Source of the DNA: Trichoplax adhaerens
Taxonomy: Eukaryota; Animalia; Placozoa
Reading direction: 5' to 3'
DNA: 64,000 nt
Assembly (NCBI RefSeq): GCF_000150275.1
Contig: NW_002060950.1
Coordinates: forward strand, 2,344,106-2,408,105
Shown: piece after piece, positions 1 to 13,200 of the stretch
Layout of the letters: each line of letters starts with the position of its first letter
How positions within the stretch are numbered: position 1 is the stretch's first letter
Position numbers and translations under genes: made by a program
The notes under the pieces: generated by a model
What the model was told of the DNA's origin: nothing
The model's input: only the letters and a program-made list of their open reading frames with translations
Databases searched by the model: none

Positions 1-9
1 ATTCAACAG

Positions 10-2851
10 ATAAGGAAGAAAACACTACCGAAGAAGCTGACAACCACTTTCTATCTCCACAGGCTTGCTCGGCTTATCTTAAGCTTTGTGCAACTATACT
101 TTGGAAATTATATCCAAATAACATGTAAGTTATATTAAAAATAAATAAAAGCTTTGCTCAAGTCTTTCTTTTTATTCTAATTGTGCGCATGTTGCGGTAT
201 ACCTTTTAAGTTTAACTAATTAGAAGGATTTTAAAAAAAATTGTTGAAGTTGTGTTATGATTGCTATAAATAATCTTGAAAGAATCTGGACGGTTTACTT
301 TCGAATGTAGGACCTGGTGTAAAAATATCACTGCCGAGTTAAGTCAGCGTCTTAATATTTCGTCATCAGGTACGAGAGGAAACATTTTAAAATTACACCG
401 AATGGATATTTACTAGCTTCTTTAGTATAGCTGTGACTTTCAATCATTAAATCTGTGAAAAATCACGCTGTTTTATTGACATTTCATTCTTTTGCATGCA
501 TGTAACTTACAGAAATAGATTCTATATATATGGCTTTAGAAAGTAAGGAGTCTACTGAACCAGAAGAGTCTTTGATCAAAACTTTGCAAGCTGATAATAT
601 CGTTAAAGACAACCTTGGGATAGTTATCCAGGTTTTAGCATATGCTATTTCATTCAATACGAGTCAAAAATCGGATACTAGTTTGATAGTTACGGCAACT
701 TACTGAATGATTTCTCGTGAATAGCAATAATATGAAATTTGATCTATTGAAGATATTAGTAATCAATTTATCGTATCCTTTCTGCAGGATTTGATTGGAT
801 TTGGTTTGCAAACTGGTAAAGATTAAAGTTTTACCTTATTCCTTGACGTATTATTCTATGCCTATACTACACCCCTTTTATTTTTTTAGCATTTGTGACG
901 ATAATTAATAATTTGCATGCCTTTAAAATATATATTTCATACTTGATAGGACGTTACGATGCTAGATTTCGGGTTTTTGTTAGGCAGCTCTCTTGGACCT
1001 TTATGATTCCGTGGTTTGAGATTGAATTATTTGAAGAGAGTTGTTTGCAGAAAATTATAGAGTTTACTGAAGCAGAGTTAGTTGAAATAAGTGATATTTT
1101 TTAATGTTAATTAATTATGCTGACTGGAGTTGATAAGATTTGTGCAAAAATATACGCGTACAAGTGATTACTTTCAGTTATTTCTTTAGATAAGCTTGTA
1201 ATATCCGCCTATTTAAAAGTATATTTTAGTATTTAACTGTAACTCGGTCACTCCTAGGGAAGAAGAAAAGCTGGAACTAAGAAATAAAGCATCCGGAAAG
1301 GCGAGAAAATATTGGATAATAGGAGTTGCAGGTGTCGGTGGAGGTTTTGCTATGGCATTAACAGGTGGTTTAGCTGCTCCGCTTATTGCAGCTGGTGGTG
1401 GAGCACTATTAGCGTCTGCAAGTGCGCCAGTAATCAGTCCAAACTTCGGTACTAGTTTACTGACTAAGTTATTTGGAATCCAAGAAAATCATTTAGCGTA
1501 TTTTAAAACTGAAAGGCATTTTGGCCGTTCAAGTAATTGCGAATTTGACGTCTTAACTTCTGGACAGGAGTTACATTTCACAATTGCTATTTCTGGTTAC
1601 TTGACTAGAAATTCTGATAGCGACTTCTACAAACAATGGTCGATGCTTTACCTCAGCAAAGAACAATATATCCTTAAATGGGAAAGACGTCATTTAGCTA
1701 ATTTTGGTACGATCATTGAAGATATACTAAAAGAATTAGTTGTTGAGGAAGGATCAGGAATTTTACAGCAAACGGCTATACCGGGCCTTCATTCACTAAT
1801 ATCTTTGCCTGCACAACTTTCAAAAGCAGCTTATAAGCTAGAAAAACCCTGGAGTACTTGCGTCAAATATGCCAAAAAGGTTGGTAAACAATTAGCAACC
1901 GTCTTAATGAAAAGAATGGGAGGCTCGAGACCTGTTAGTCTGATTGGTTTCAGTCTTGGTGCAAGTGTTATATATTATTGCTTAGAAGAATTACAAAAAC
2001 AGCCAAATAATAAAGGCATTATTGAGAGTGTTACATTGCTAGGAGCACCTATTGAACGAAATTCGGACGAATGGGAGCAAGTGGTAGATATAATTGCTGG
2101 AAAAATCATAAACGCCTACTGTAGCAATGATTGGATATTGCAAACAATTTTCAGAGCTACCACGAATCGAGCTAATATAGCGGGTCTATCGCCTATTGTA
2201 TGTTCAAAAGGGAGAATTCTCAATGTTAATTTATCAGAACACGTTACGAATCATATGGATTATACTGTGAAAATGAAAGATATTTTAGAGTTGCTGAGAA
2301 TACCAACTGCTGAGATCTACTACGAAAAGAAAGTTCGATTTCAACGTAACTTGATATTATTAAAAAATGCGACGACAGAAAATATAGAAAGACAAAAAAA
2401 TGGAAGCGCTGCGAGTAAGCCTGAAAATGGCATTGAAAATCATGCTAGTGATCAATCGAAAGTAGTAATGACTACCTCTGCTGGTGATACAAACAGTCTA
2501 CATGAAGCTAAAGAAGATAAGTTAAATAATTCTCATAACCAATTAGATATTGAAATAGAAGAAAATGATAAGAATCCAAATCCAGAAGGTAATATCCGTA
2601 CTGTTGCTGACAATGAAATACATACTGACACAAAATCAGCTAATCAAGAGAGTAATACAGTCACTAGACTTGATGAGACACAGGAAATAACACTATCCTC
2701 AACTATCGAAGGTCCTGCATCAATAAGCGATGAATCTAATAATCGCAAGAAAGATTTTATTCAGGAAAGTGCTGCTACAGCTATTCATAATTCCGGGTCT
2801 ATAGCAGAAACCCTGCCTAGCAATGTTACCGAACATAGCAATAAAGAATAG
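10..2851 (+). CDS. TMCO4: TMCO4 / DUF726 family transmembrane alpha/beta-hydrolase-like protein (5' end outside window)
   Basis: Phase-consistent GT-AG exons 10-124, 311-369, 513-631, 788-815, 950-1076, 1258-2851. Family motifs: GRYDARFRV, Gly-rich segment YWIIGVAGVGGGFAMALTGGLAAPLIAAG, RPVSLIGFSLGA (GxSxG), VTLLGAP, INAYCSNDWIL, AGLSPI, HVTNHMDY. Ends in a low-complexity acidic tail. Confidence 0.9.
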
Positions 2852-4168
2852 CAGTATAATCGAATGAAGCAGTTTTATTTAATAGCATAATCTATCTGTC
2901 ACCAGCTACGCGAATCATCATGCTACTTTTACTAGCGAGGAAATATTAAGAATAATCCGGGGGTACCGTAGTCTAAAGCTATAAAGAATGATGGCCCGTG
3001 CTGGTTGTATGATAGCAATAGAAGACATATTTAAGCGCCTCAGAGTCCAGTATTTTGATACTTTAATGAGATCAACGGCTATTACTCATCCAGGACCAGT
3101 AACTTTTGTATCTAAATAACCTGACCTAAGTATTTGTAACTTAATTTCATTTCATACATGCAGTTAGAAATACTCGAGTCTTGAGTGATAATAGCAGATC
3201 AAAAGTAAAGTTAAAGATAATCCACTGAGGTACATGATCGCCATAATTTCTTGCAACATGAAGCTAGAAGCTGTCATAGAATCGAATAAAAATCTTTAGT
3301 AAATGCATAAGGCAAACCCCATGTTGCAAAGCCATTGTACCTTAGTGCATAATTTGATGGCGATATTGTCTGATTGTATCATTTATTTATTATTTATCGT
3401 CGTTTGTAATAATTAACAGCTAATTTTTTATCTAGTCGGTATCTCCCAGTTGCTTAGCAATTGAGATGTACAAGTGTGTAACTTTCAAAATGCTTCGCTC
3501 TATCGTATATTATAATTATACTAACTATTATTTTGGCTTACCGTGAATTGGAATATTGTCCTTTCTATATTAAGATTATCTAATTTATTATGGAATAAAT
3601 GCGCATTTACAAGGTGTGGTACTGCGGTAAATTAATCAAGAGCTTACGTATCACGACGATTTTGCCAAGATGTTTCTCGCAAAGGCTTCCTTTCCGTGAA
3701 CTTCATTTCTCTGAAAAATAGAACAAAAATTGCTGTAAAGCTGCGATTAGATTGAACTATTTAAAGATTCTCAAGTTAAATAAATTAAATAATACGAAGT
3801 TGTTGACTCATCGGTATAATCCTTTTTGATGGTGTAATACGCGTACACCATTGCAAATTATTCTTGCAATGTACAACTGCTAATGAAATCGAAAATTTTC
3901 TCATAAAATGATAGGATGCAACTGTAACATGAGTCACCGTCACTGTGTATCTGTATCTGAGTTAAAGTTACGTACGAATAATGCGTATTTCCTCCATTTT
4001 GATATCTGCATAATTTTAACCTTCTAAAATGGAAACTATAGCTGATGTCTTATACGATCTACGTATGTGGTCTATTCCAAGTCCGTGGTCAAGAGTATTT
4101 ACAGTAGAGTACCATAAAGCATATACCGTTATTTTTAGTGACTTATTTGACTTTTGAGGGTTGTGTGT

Positions 4169-4738
4169 CAAATTGATTCTGTACAGCCAGTATATACAAT
4201 ATAGGTGTCATGGACTACTTCCTGACAAGTTTACTAGTCTAACGTAAGGCACTTTGAGTTTCTTCTACAGATTACTGCCCTCATCTTCCGAAAGATCTAG
4301 TAAGAATATGAAGCAACCGTCTCTCTCATCTACAGACAGTATACTGTAAAGACATACTTCAAATTGATTCTGTGCAGCCAATATATAGGTGCCATGGACT
4401 ACTTCCTGACAAGTTTACTAGTCTAAGGTAAAGCACTTTGAGTTTCCTCTACAGATTACTACCCTCAACTTCCGAAAGATCTAGTAGGAATATGAAGCAA
4501 CCGTCTCTCTCATCTACAGATAGCATACTGCAAAGACATACGTCAAATTGATTCTGTGCAGCCAATATATAGGTGTCATGGACTACTTCCTGACAAGTTT
4601 ACTAGTCTAAGGTAAAGCACTTTGAGTTTCTTCTACAGATTACTACCCTCATCTTCCGAAAGATCTACTGTACTGTACAGTAGTAAGAATATGAAGCAAC
4701 AGCCTCTCTCGTCTACAGACAGCATACTGGAAAGACAT
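4169..4738 (+). repeat. Tandem repeat, 3 copies of a ~184-195 bp unit
   Basis: Unit CAAATTGATTCTGT...GGACTACTTCCTGACAAGTTTACTAGTCTAA...AAAGACAT starts at 4169, 4360 and 4544 with high identity. Copy 3 has a 15 bp insertion at 4668-4682. Confidence 0.95.
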
Positions 4739-4739
4739 T

Positions 4740-5055
4740 TTGTGCAGTACAGTACGTACTGTACAAAACCCGCATTTTTTTCTTAGTACTGTAACAATCG
4801 GCGTACTTGAATTAATAATTACTTAGAAATTCGACATTGTACGCAAATTATAACGACGGATTCGCGTTATTGGATTTATGCTCTATGGTTTGACATACAA
4901 TTGGTTAAACTTCTGTACATTTTTTAAATTTTACTTTAGTTTAAATACATAAAAATTTCTCAGACACTTTGTACTGTACTGACAGTGTACAGTGTACAGT
5001 ACTGTACTGTACAGTACAACACAGTAAAGCTATGCCTCACTCTCTACAGTACATT
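4740..5055. repeat. Cluster of CTGTA/CAGTA pentamers (TACTGTA/TACAGTA), Tc1/mariner footprint-like
   Basis: Examples: CAGTACAGTACGTACTGTACA (~4745-4765) and TGTACTGTACTGACAGTGTACAGTGTACAGTACTGTACTGTACAGTACA (~4970-5018). More occur in the ALG10 intron at ~6050-6410. Confidence 0.7.
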
Positions 5056-5256
5056 ACTATCAACTGACTCAAGCCATTTATCACAGTTGATTTCTAACTC
5101 GGTATATGACTAAAACTCTTTCAAGAAGAACGAATCCGCTATTGCAAAAGTAATTGTAGGCTCGACAACTTGTTCATTGATGAATGAAATTGAGCCAAAT
5201 TGATATCTATTGGCTGAGATTTAGCTTAGGTGTATGTAGATTATCGTTATATAAAA

Positions 5257-7558
5257 ATGGCTTTACCAATGGAAATTGTCATGCTTGCATGCTGTCTATT
5301 TTCCGTCTCCTTTGCTGTGCTGCTAATGATGAATTCGGCTCACTCCATGTCCTATATGGACGAAATCTTTCATATACCTCAGGCACAACGTTATTGCCGG
5401 TATAACTTCCATGAATGGGATTCAATGATTACCACATTACCGGGGATGTATTTGGCTTCATTTCTAATCGCTAGAGTAACCGTATGGATTAATTATCTAG
5501 CCATGGGTAGCATCGACTTTTGCTCTGTATTATGGCTTCGATTTCATAACCTAATATATGCAACAGGCAATTTTATCGTCATGTATAAACTGCTGGAAAA
5601 ATTCCATTGCCCACTCAAGGTAGGCAGTGAAAAGAAGCGAATGATATTGCTATCCAACTACAGTACATGGTTGGAATGGATGCATTAATTTATTGCTACA
5701 GACGATAATTAGTTCAATGGCTTTCAACAACTTATCATTTTACTTCTACATATTGATGCAATGAGTAGAGTCTAGTACACAAATACATGATATCGTTTGT
5801 TCTCCCTATAGTTGTTATCAAAAAATTGATCTTGCGTTCTCAAATTTGCTATCATCTATTTTGCTTGCAACCAAGAATTTACGGTACTTTAACAGTGCTA
5901 GCTCATCTCCAGATTAAAACTGAGATAATGCACGGATCATTAATAACACACCGCTTTAATTAACAAAGTTTTAACCTTGGATAAATTACGGTACTCAAAA
6001 ATATCAAGTTTATCAGAGTAGAAACTACTACTGGAAATTACTTTATTACTTTCACAGTATACTACGTAACACGTACATATGTGATACGATTTTAACTACT
6101 ACATCGCTACGAATACAGAATATTGTTGACTTACAGATCATAATAATTACTGTACTGTAATGACAAAAATTATGCATCGTTAAATCAATGGAGTATACTG
6201 CACGTACATACTGTACAGGTAAGATACCCTTTCGCTAAGCAATATACTGTAGACTGCCTTTAATCTTTCAAAGTACTGTATAGTAGGTAAGTTACAGTAC
6301 TTGGTGCATGCCAATGGTTCATATCGTCATCAAGCCGCAATTATTTCCCTTCTTAATATGCGCCTACGTACAACTATCACATAGCCTAATAGAGATATGT
6401 ACTACTGCAGTGATGATCACAATTAACAATATTATGCAGGAAAGTTCGCGCTAATTGCCTTGCTTACGGATTGACTTATTTTAGAATCCCAAAGATAGAA
6501 GAAATGCCCAACTAGAAGCTGAAAGAGATATGATACGAATAAACTCTGGCGTAACTGCATTTATTATATCTGGCTTTCCTCTGCTCTATTTTTTCACCTT
6601 TTTATACTATACCGATCAAGGATCTACGTTTTTTACCTTACTGTGTTACCTGTTCTCATTGAATATGTACCATAAGACTGCTGCTTTTATTGGTATCATT
6701 GCAATTCTCTTTCGTCAAACCAATGTTATTTGGGTAATGTTTGCCGCCGGTGTTTCTATAGCTCAAATCTATGATGCATCATTCAAAGTATCAGCAGTGC
6801 AAGAAAAGTTAGCACTGTCTAAAGACTACCGCACCTACTATGATGTATTCATTTTAATCACTAAAAGGCAATTTCGCAAGATTATCTCCATTTCTTGGCC
6901 TTATATAATAGTGATTTTGGCGTTTATTATTTTTGTCATAGTCAATGGAGGTATAGTTGTTGGCGATAGAAATAACCATCAACCGGCCCTGCACATACCC
7001 CAGTTGTGGTATTTCCTGTCCTTTAGTCTATTTTTCGCTGCACCACATCTTTGTCGACCTTCCTATGTTTTTTCCTTCTTCAATGATGCTTTGGAGTATT
7101 GGTATCTTACACTTAGCGGAGTTGTCGTCATGGCATTTTCTGTTTACAAGTTCACTTTTGTGCATACGTATTTACTAGCTGATAATCGGCATTATACATT
7201 TTATGTTTGGAGAAGATTGTATAATGCACATCCATCTATTCCATATCTAATTATACCCATGCATTTGTATACTATTTATATTGTCTATAAAACACTTGCG
7301 GAAAAACGATCCAATCTCTGGATAGCTATCTTTACTGTTGCTGTAACTTTGGTAACAATCCCTCAACGTTTACTTGAATTTAGATACTTTATTCTTCCTT
7401 ATATAATAATGAGGTTAAATTTTCCATTAATGCCGTATCCGTTCTTGTTATTGGAGATTTTTATATACTTTGCTATAAATTACTTGACCATTTTTAATTT
7501 TATTAGTTCACCATTTGTTTGGTTAAAAAGTGGTGAAATTCAAAGATTTATGTGGTAA
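5257..7558 (+). CDS. ALG10: Dol-P-Glc:Glc2Man9GlcNAc2-PP-Dol alpha-1,2-glucosyltransferase (DIE2/ALG10 family)
   Basis: Exons 5257-5619 (donor AAG|gtaggc) and 6485-7558 (acceptor ttag|AAT), joined in phase 0. Motifs: [83 protein letters not shown]-terminal QRFMW. Start could be 5257 or 5269. Confidence 0.96.
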
Positions 7559-8899
7559 AATATCTGTACTTATAATTATGTTACTGTTCTGTCACGCTGG
7601 TTACAACTGCAGATTCTTCTATCTGTTTAAATGACGATGGTTATTTCTCAGCAGCGCGATTATAAACAAAATTATCTTACTTTCTGCTTATTCCTTTAAA
7701 TGACAAATTTTTTATCATTGATATCTTTATATTTTTATAAGTATTCGTGCAAATTTTTATTGATAACAATAGTTAAGGCACTATTTATATATTTAAAATG
7801 GTAATAAAATAATTTGCCTTGAAATCGTAGCGTCATAGAAAGTTAACATAGGAAATATGTAAGAAGTAATCATGGCGCAGTTTTATAACCTATATAAACA
7901 GAGTTTCAACATTACGATAGGTGTGCTGATAAAGCAGATAATTGAATTGACAAACTTTAAACTTGAATTTAGGCGGTAAGACGTAGACTTAGGTCTTTTT
8001 CGATTAAAGAGATAAATTATACAGGAAGCCATGATAGCAAAATCAACTGCAACTGATAATTCACTACGTGTTAAAGCATGCCGAGTAATTACAGCTTGTA
8101 TTCAAAGTATGGACTCTTCTGTTTAGTCAATGGGAGAACGAAATCTTGATGTATAAAGTAATCATTGTCATATCATTTCATTGCTCTGTCTTTAGTTGAT
8201 GTTCAAAATGAATTACAGGGAAACGCCATCACATGATATTTCATGTCGATGTAATTTTCACCACAAAAGAATAGCTGAACTCATTTTTAGCAAAACTTCC
8301 TTTCTAACTGGAGAAGCCTATCTAGTTTCGGGCTGACATCCGTTCATTCGTTAAGCCTTTCTGAGCCAGCGCAAGTCGATACTCTCGTAAATGTATCGTT
8401 ATGCTTGTGTACCTTCACACAATTAAAGATATCGACTTCTTCAGCTTAAATCACTAAGTATCATAAATGCAATGAACATTCATGACGTTGGTACTACTTT
8501 ACCAAGTCAGTATTTCCTAAACATTGCCTAATTCTATATTTGTAACATTAGTCCTGTTACAGTAAGTATTGGTGATTTCTTATCATTTTGACTGAAAGTT
8601 CAAATATCTATGATCTGGCTAAAATCCAATCCTAGCCATTTATCACGGTGTAAATACACCATGAATTGTGATACAGATTAAGTATTTGTGTCGTAGTAGA
8701 TTTCTGCCAATATAGGTTAGTTTCAGTAAACTTTTGTAATTGACTTATAATTGCGAAAGTTACTCGTCAGTGCAACAGCACTACGTTGCCTAAATTATGA
8801 GTTTAAGAAAGTATTGTTGCTCACAGTGTTTCAGTGTTATATTAACTGGTTGTGAGCCTTTATGAAGAATAATTCTTATGCGCTATAGCAGCAGTACTG

Positions 8900-9004
8900 T
8901 ATTCTTACTAGTTCTTTCAATAGATTAGGGTAGTAATCTGTACAAGCAACTCAAAGTAAGTGCTTTACGTTAAACTAGTAAACTTGTCAGGAAGTAGTCC
9001 GTGA
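8900..9004 (-). repeat. Inverted partial copy of the 4169-4738 repeat unit
   Basis: Reverse complement reads TCACGGACTACTTCCTGACAAGTTTACTAGTTTAACGTAAAGCAC...TTTGAGTTGCTTGTACAGATTACTACCC...GAAAGAACTAGTAAGAATA, collinear with the unit. Confidence 0.9.
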
Positions 9005-9220
9005 TAATTAGTAACTGATTTAGTAGTTCTCGCAACTAAAATAGCGTTGATCATATTAGGTAGAATAAAATAGAAGTAGCTCGATGTTACGAATTTTATC
9101 TATGTGACTGTAGTCTAGCATGGTATTCTAGGCCGAAACTAGAATAGTAGCTGACAGTGGCAACTTAGAAGAGCAAAATACTTTAGTTTATTCTTTATCA
9201 GGAGAGTAATCCTTCACACC

Positions 9221-9469
9221 ATTATGCATAATGGCCGGTTAAAATCCGAATTAAGATCAAAACTATTAGAGTTTCGGTCTTTAGCCGGCTATGCCAGTGT
9301 TTTAAGTATATTGTTTATCATATTAATGGATTTTATTGCCCTACGGAAGTGTTTAGTAGTATGACTGGAAAGGATTAAATAAAAGTTTGTTTTCTTTCTC
9401 TTTTGCAAACAATCTTCCATAAACTATCTATACTCTTAATTCGGATTTTAGCTGGCTAGTATAAATAAT
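9221..9469. mobile_element. Putative MITE (~250 bp) with imperfect terminal inverted repeats
   Basis: Left end ATTATGCATAATGGCCGGTTAAAATCCGAATTAAGA. Right end reverse-complemented is ATTATTTATACTAGCCAGCTAAAATCCGAATTAAGA. A further inverted TIR-like copy lies inside at ~9271-9293. No coding capacity. Confidence 0.6.
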
Positions 9470-10288
9470 ACTTGCAATATATGATATATCGTTGTATATC
9501 CTGATTCAAATTCCACCAGAAATGAATTAACAGTAAGCACTACAGCCAATAATTAAATCGTTAGATTAAGTATAATAACAGTGGGTGTGACTTTACTTTA
9601 AGTAAGCGATAAATTTAAAGATAACTCGTGATTTCAATACTATAAAAGTAATGTGCAGTAAGTCAGAGCTCGGCTTAAGTCAATGGATCATTAAACAACT
9701 AAGAAAATTGGCATGCAATTTAATGAGCGCTAGATCGGACGCCAGTTAAAAATAATAGGTGATTGCTAAGCAACTTAATCATAAGCCTATTGTTTTCATT
9801 TAGATAAGGGACAAAGAAAACTTTAACTTCCTGCTAGGTCCAATAGATAACTATGAAATTACTTAGAGATACTGTTGTACACTACGGGTATAGACAATAA
9901 AGGCATCAAATTGCTAAAGTTCCTATTAAGCTTATTGCGAGTCACGCTTACTACGCAGAAATAACGTAGTAACTGTTGTAACTTTGGCTAATACTAAAAG
10001 TGGCACTACGCTTTCTAATCGATAAATGAACAGATGCTAATTTAGTAGACTTCAACCAACGATCATGGTGATCTAAATTTTAAAATTGGTGTCTTGATCA
10101 AGCAAAATTAGTCAATCTCATTGTTTATTGGATCATTTAATCAGTTTAATTACGTAATCAAGTGGCTCGAATATTATAAATTTGATAGCCTAATTATTTT
10201 TTTGAATTATCTTTTATTACACCCTGACGTCGATATCCTCATCCATATCTGGCGCAATAAAATAAAGTAATAGCTTGGCCAAGATAAC

Positions 10289-13200
10289 ATGAATTATTCA
10301 CCACAGCATCATCCTAACCGATTTGTCAATAGCATCTCTTGTCGAAAATGTGGCAGACCTTGTTCCGGCGAAACTTTGAAAGTTGCCAATGATTTTTTTC
10401 ACTCCAAGTGTTTTACATGTAAAGGTTAGTTATAGTTAAAATTCTGAGATGACGATAACAATATCGCTCCATTAAATGCTAATTAATCGTCAAAAAAAAG
10501 TTACTACTAGTTATTTAATCGCGGTCATTTTTTATTAATAACAAAAGTATATTTTCTTAAAGAAATGAAACAATTTTCGTAAATTTGCCTCTACATGATG
10601 GATTCTAACAAAAAATGCACTTCGCATTCTACAAGATAGCATCTTATCAAAACTGCCAATAAATGCAGCTGCATATATTGAATATTTCAGAAAGTTATTT
10701 TAATTGCACCTAAATAGAAATACGTTCGATTTTAGTTAATAATTTTGATTTCAATTTTGTTGATCGTAATACTGAGTGCTAAGCAGTCACCGTTTTGCTT
10801 TTCAAAAGTTTACCAGGTAAGATCCCTATTAGCTTTGTAAGCAAGCGAATGAGAGATCCTGTTAATTCGTTCGATTGCTGTGTTGCAATGATTGCAATCA
10901 TCAAATTTCCAATCAATGCCATAAAACAAGACCTTTTCTAATTTATAGACTCCAGTAAACATACGAATGACACGATTAATTTACCGTAGTAATTTCACTA
11001 CTGTAATTAAAATTTTTAGACTATAAATGTAACGCAAATGGGCAGCCCATCGGAAATCACCAACTGCAGTAAAATCAAACACGATCGCTTCTAACATTGT
11101 AAACTTGTAAATAAGATACAATAAAAGTACGTTCCAAAATTGCAATCTTTAAACATAAATATGCACCAGTCTCATTTTCATAATTTACGAAACTTCCTTA
11201 CTGTTTACGCAGAAATAATCAACAAGGGAGTAAAAATGATGAAAAATCAATGTTGAAGTTACTAAGAAAATTTTGTATGTACACCCATTATGCTATAAGA
11301 ACCTCGATAGAATAGATCAGCCTGTATAGCTGTTTATATCTTCTGTCAGACGATTACGTACATATTGAAATATTCACAATTATATTAATGATTGTTGATT
11401 ACTTGTAGTCCTAATCGTGGACTACAATTAACACACTACATCATTTTTTCCTTCATTTCTACAAACTTATATGGTCAAACATACACATTAGTTTTTGTTT
11501 TATTGAATTAAAGATTACATTGATAGTTTACTACCTCAATAATTTCTAATGAAGGCAAATTCTGCATATCTGGTAATAAGTTATTATAATGTAAGCAGCG
11601 AACTTGAAATAATATAGTTAGCATTCAGCTTAGTCTAGTTATCTATTTATCAGAAAGAATACTGACGTATGTTGAAAAGTAAGGTAATAAAACCCTGTAA
11701 TTAAGGATATCGCTACACTTTAGCTAAATTCGAGGCGAAATACATCTACTTAATGGTAAATAGTCAAAATTTATCCGTGAAGTGCTTCCATTTTTTATCA
11801 AGAAGATGAATTACAATAGCAGCAGTCAAAACATTAATTTTGCTGCTCCGTAGAAGCAGCCATGCTTGAATTCCAATAAAGGGCTTCATAAGTTTGAATA
11901 TTAATCTTCGTAGAAATGTTAGAAAGAGTAATTTAACTTGGTATATCCGCTTATTAAGCAAGTAACAGTTTTCTGGTAGGAATAGAAAAAAGATAATGGA
12001 CATAAAGCAGGTCACAGTTCTGCAGTGTTAGTGGTCATCTTGACATGAAGAATTTATTTGTCGGTTAATGCCAAGTTGGTCATTACAATAGCTGTCAAAT
12101 ATCATTGTCAAATATCATTGTCGCTTCTCTATACCAGTTTCGCCATTTTGATACCCCTATTTCAAGTATTATTGTCACTAATCGCTTCGTGATGGCCCGC
12201 AGCAATTTTTTCTTTACGTGTTTAGTAATGCGCTAGGATAAGAATTAGAATAAGCATTTATCAACACAGTTTACGTCATAGGTAGTGGCTATTTGATCCA
12301 ATATAGAGCAAATTAAAATCCTAGATTCAAACAAGCAATATTATTATAAAGGATACTATCTTCAATATAGCTAGCATTGTGGATTAGTTCATCAGATTGA
12401 TAGAGTTAATGCTAATGCTAGAATAAAAAGTTTCCTTTTTATTTTTAATAAGATTCGGATAGACACAGAGAAGAATATAACAATCTACATAAGCTAATGT
12501 AGGTTTTAATCGAGCTCGAGTAAATTTATTTGCCTTAGTTTATTAGCTTTGATTCATTAATTGAAAGCAAATTAGACTAGGAGTACATTTTCATATTTCA
12601 CTGTTTTGCTGTCCCAAAAAAACTTGTAACAAGGGAAACCTATATCAGAAATCCAGAAAATACTAGATTTCTACTATTTTTATATAGTCTACAACAGACT
12701 ACCAGCGACTACACCGAACCTAGGTTAAACTACTTTTTATCAAATACGTCGCGACTACTAAGGCCAACACAGTTACATTAACTGACAGCATTCTGTTCAA
12801 TCTAATAATGAATATAAGTTACAACGTCAAACTTGTTATATAAATTCGCTCGATGCACATCAGAATTAGAATTGAATAAGTTTATTTACGCTATTATACT
12901 GGAAAACTGCGCACTGCTTTATTACTGATTCAAATTATCTACCTAATTTTTTTAATATGCAATTATCGTACCAGTAGTGCTAATCAAAGCGAAGCGCTAG
13001 ATAAATCACACGATGCTTTAACACCTTAACAATTGTACTCCACAAACGTTCTTATTACAACAGAAAACTTGGTGCATTTAGTTCGCACTCAGTTACAGGT
13101 TGTAATAATCTATGAATGAGACAGAATTACTTACTTCGTATTGATGCACAGCAAATTTGTTATATCTATAGTAGAATTAATTTATAGTGGGTAGGAGCAT

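Noticed and set aside
4169-4738. CRISPR-like interpretation of the tandem arrays
   Set aside because: Units are long and contiguous with no unique spacers, the context is eukaryotic, and there are no cas genes.
5184-5405. Alternative-frame ORFs overlapping ALG10 (also 6957-7178)
   Set aside because: Shadow frames of a well-supported CDS with no motif of their own.
8315-9160. Hammerhead-ribozyme-like CCGAAAC motifs (8322-8332 on -, 9131-9148 on +)
   Set aside because: The CUGANGA core is missing. The similarity is better explained by the neighbouring MITE-like sequence.
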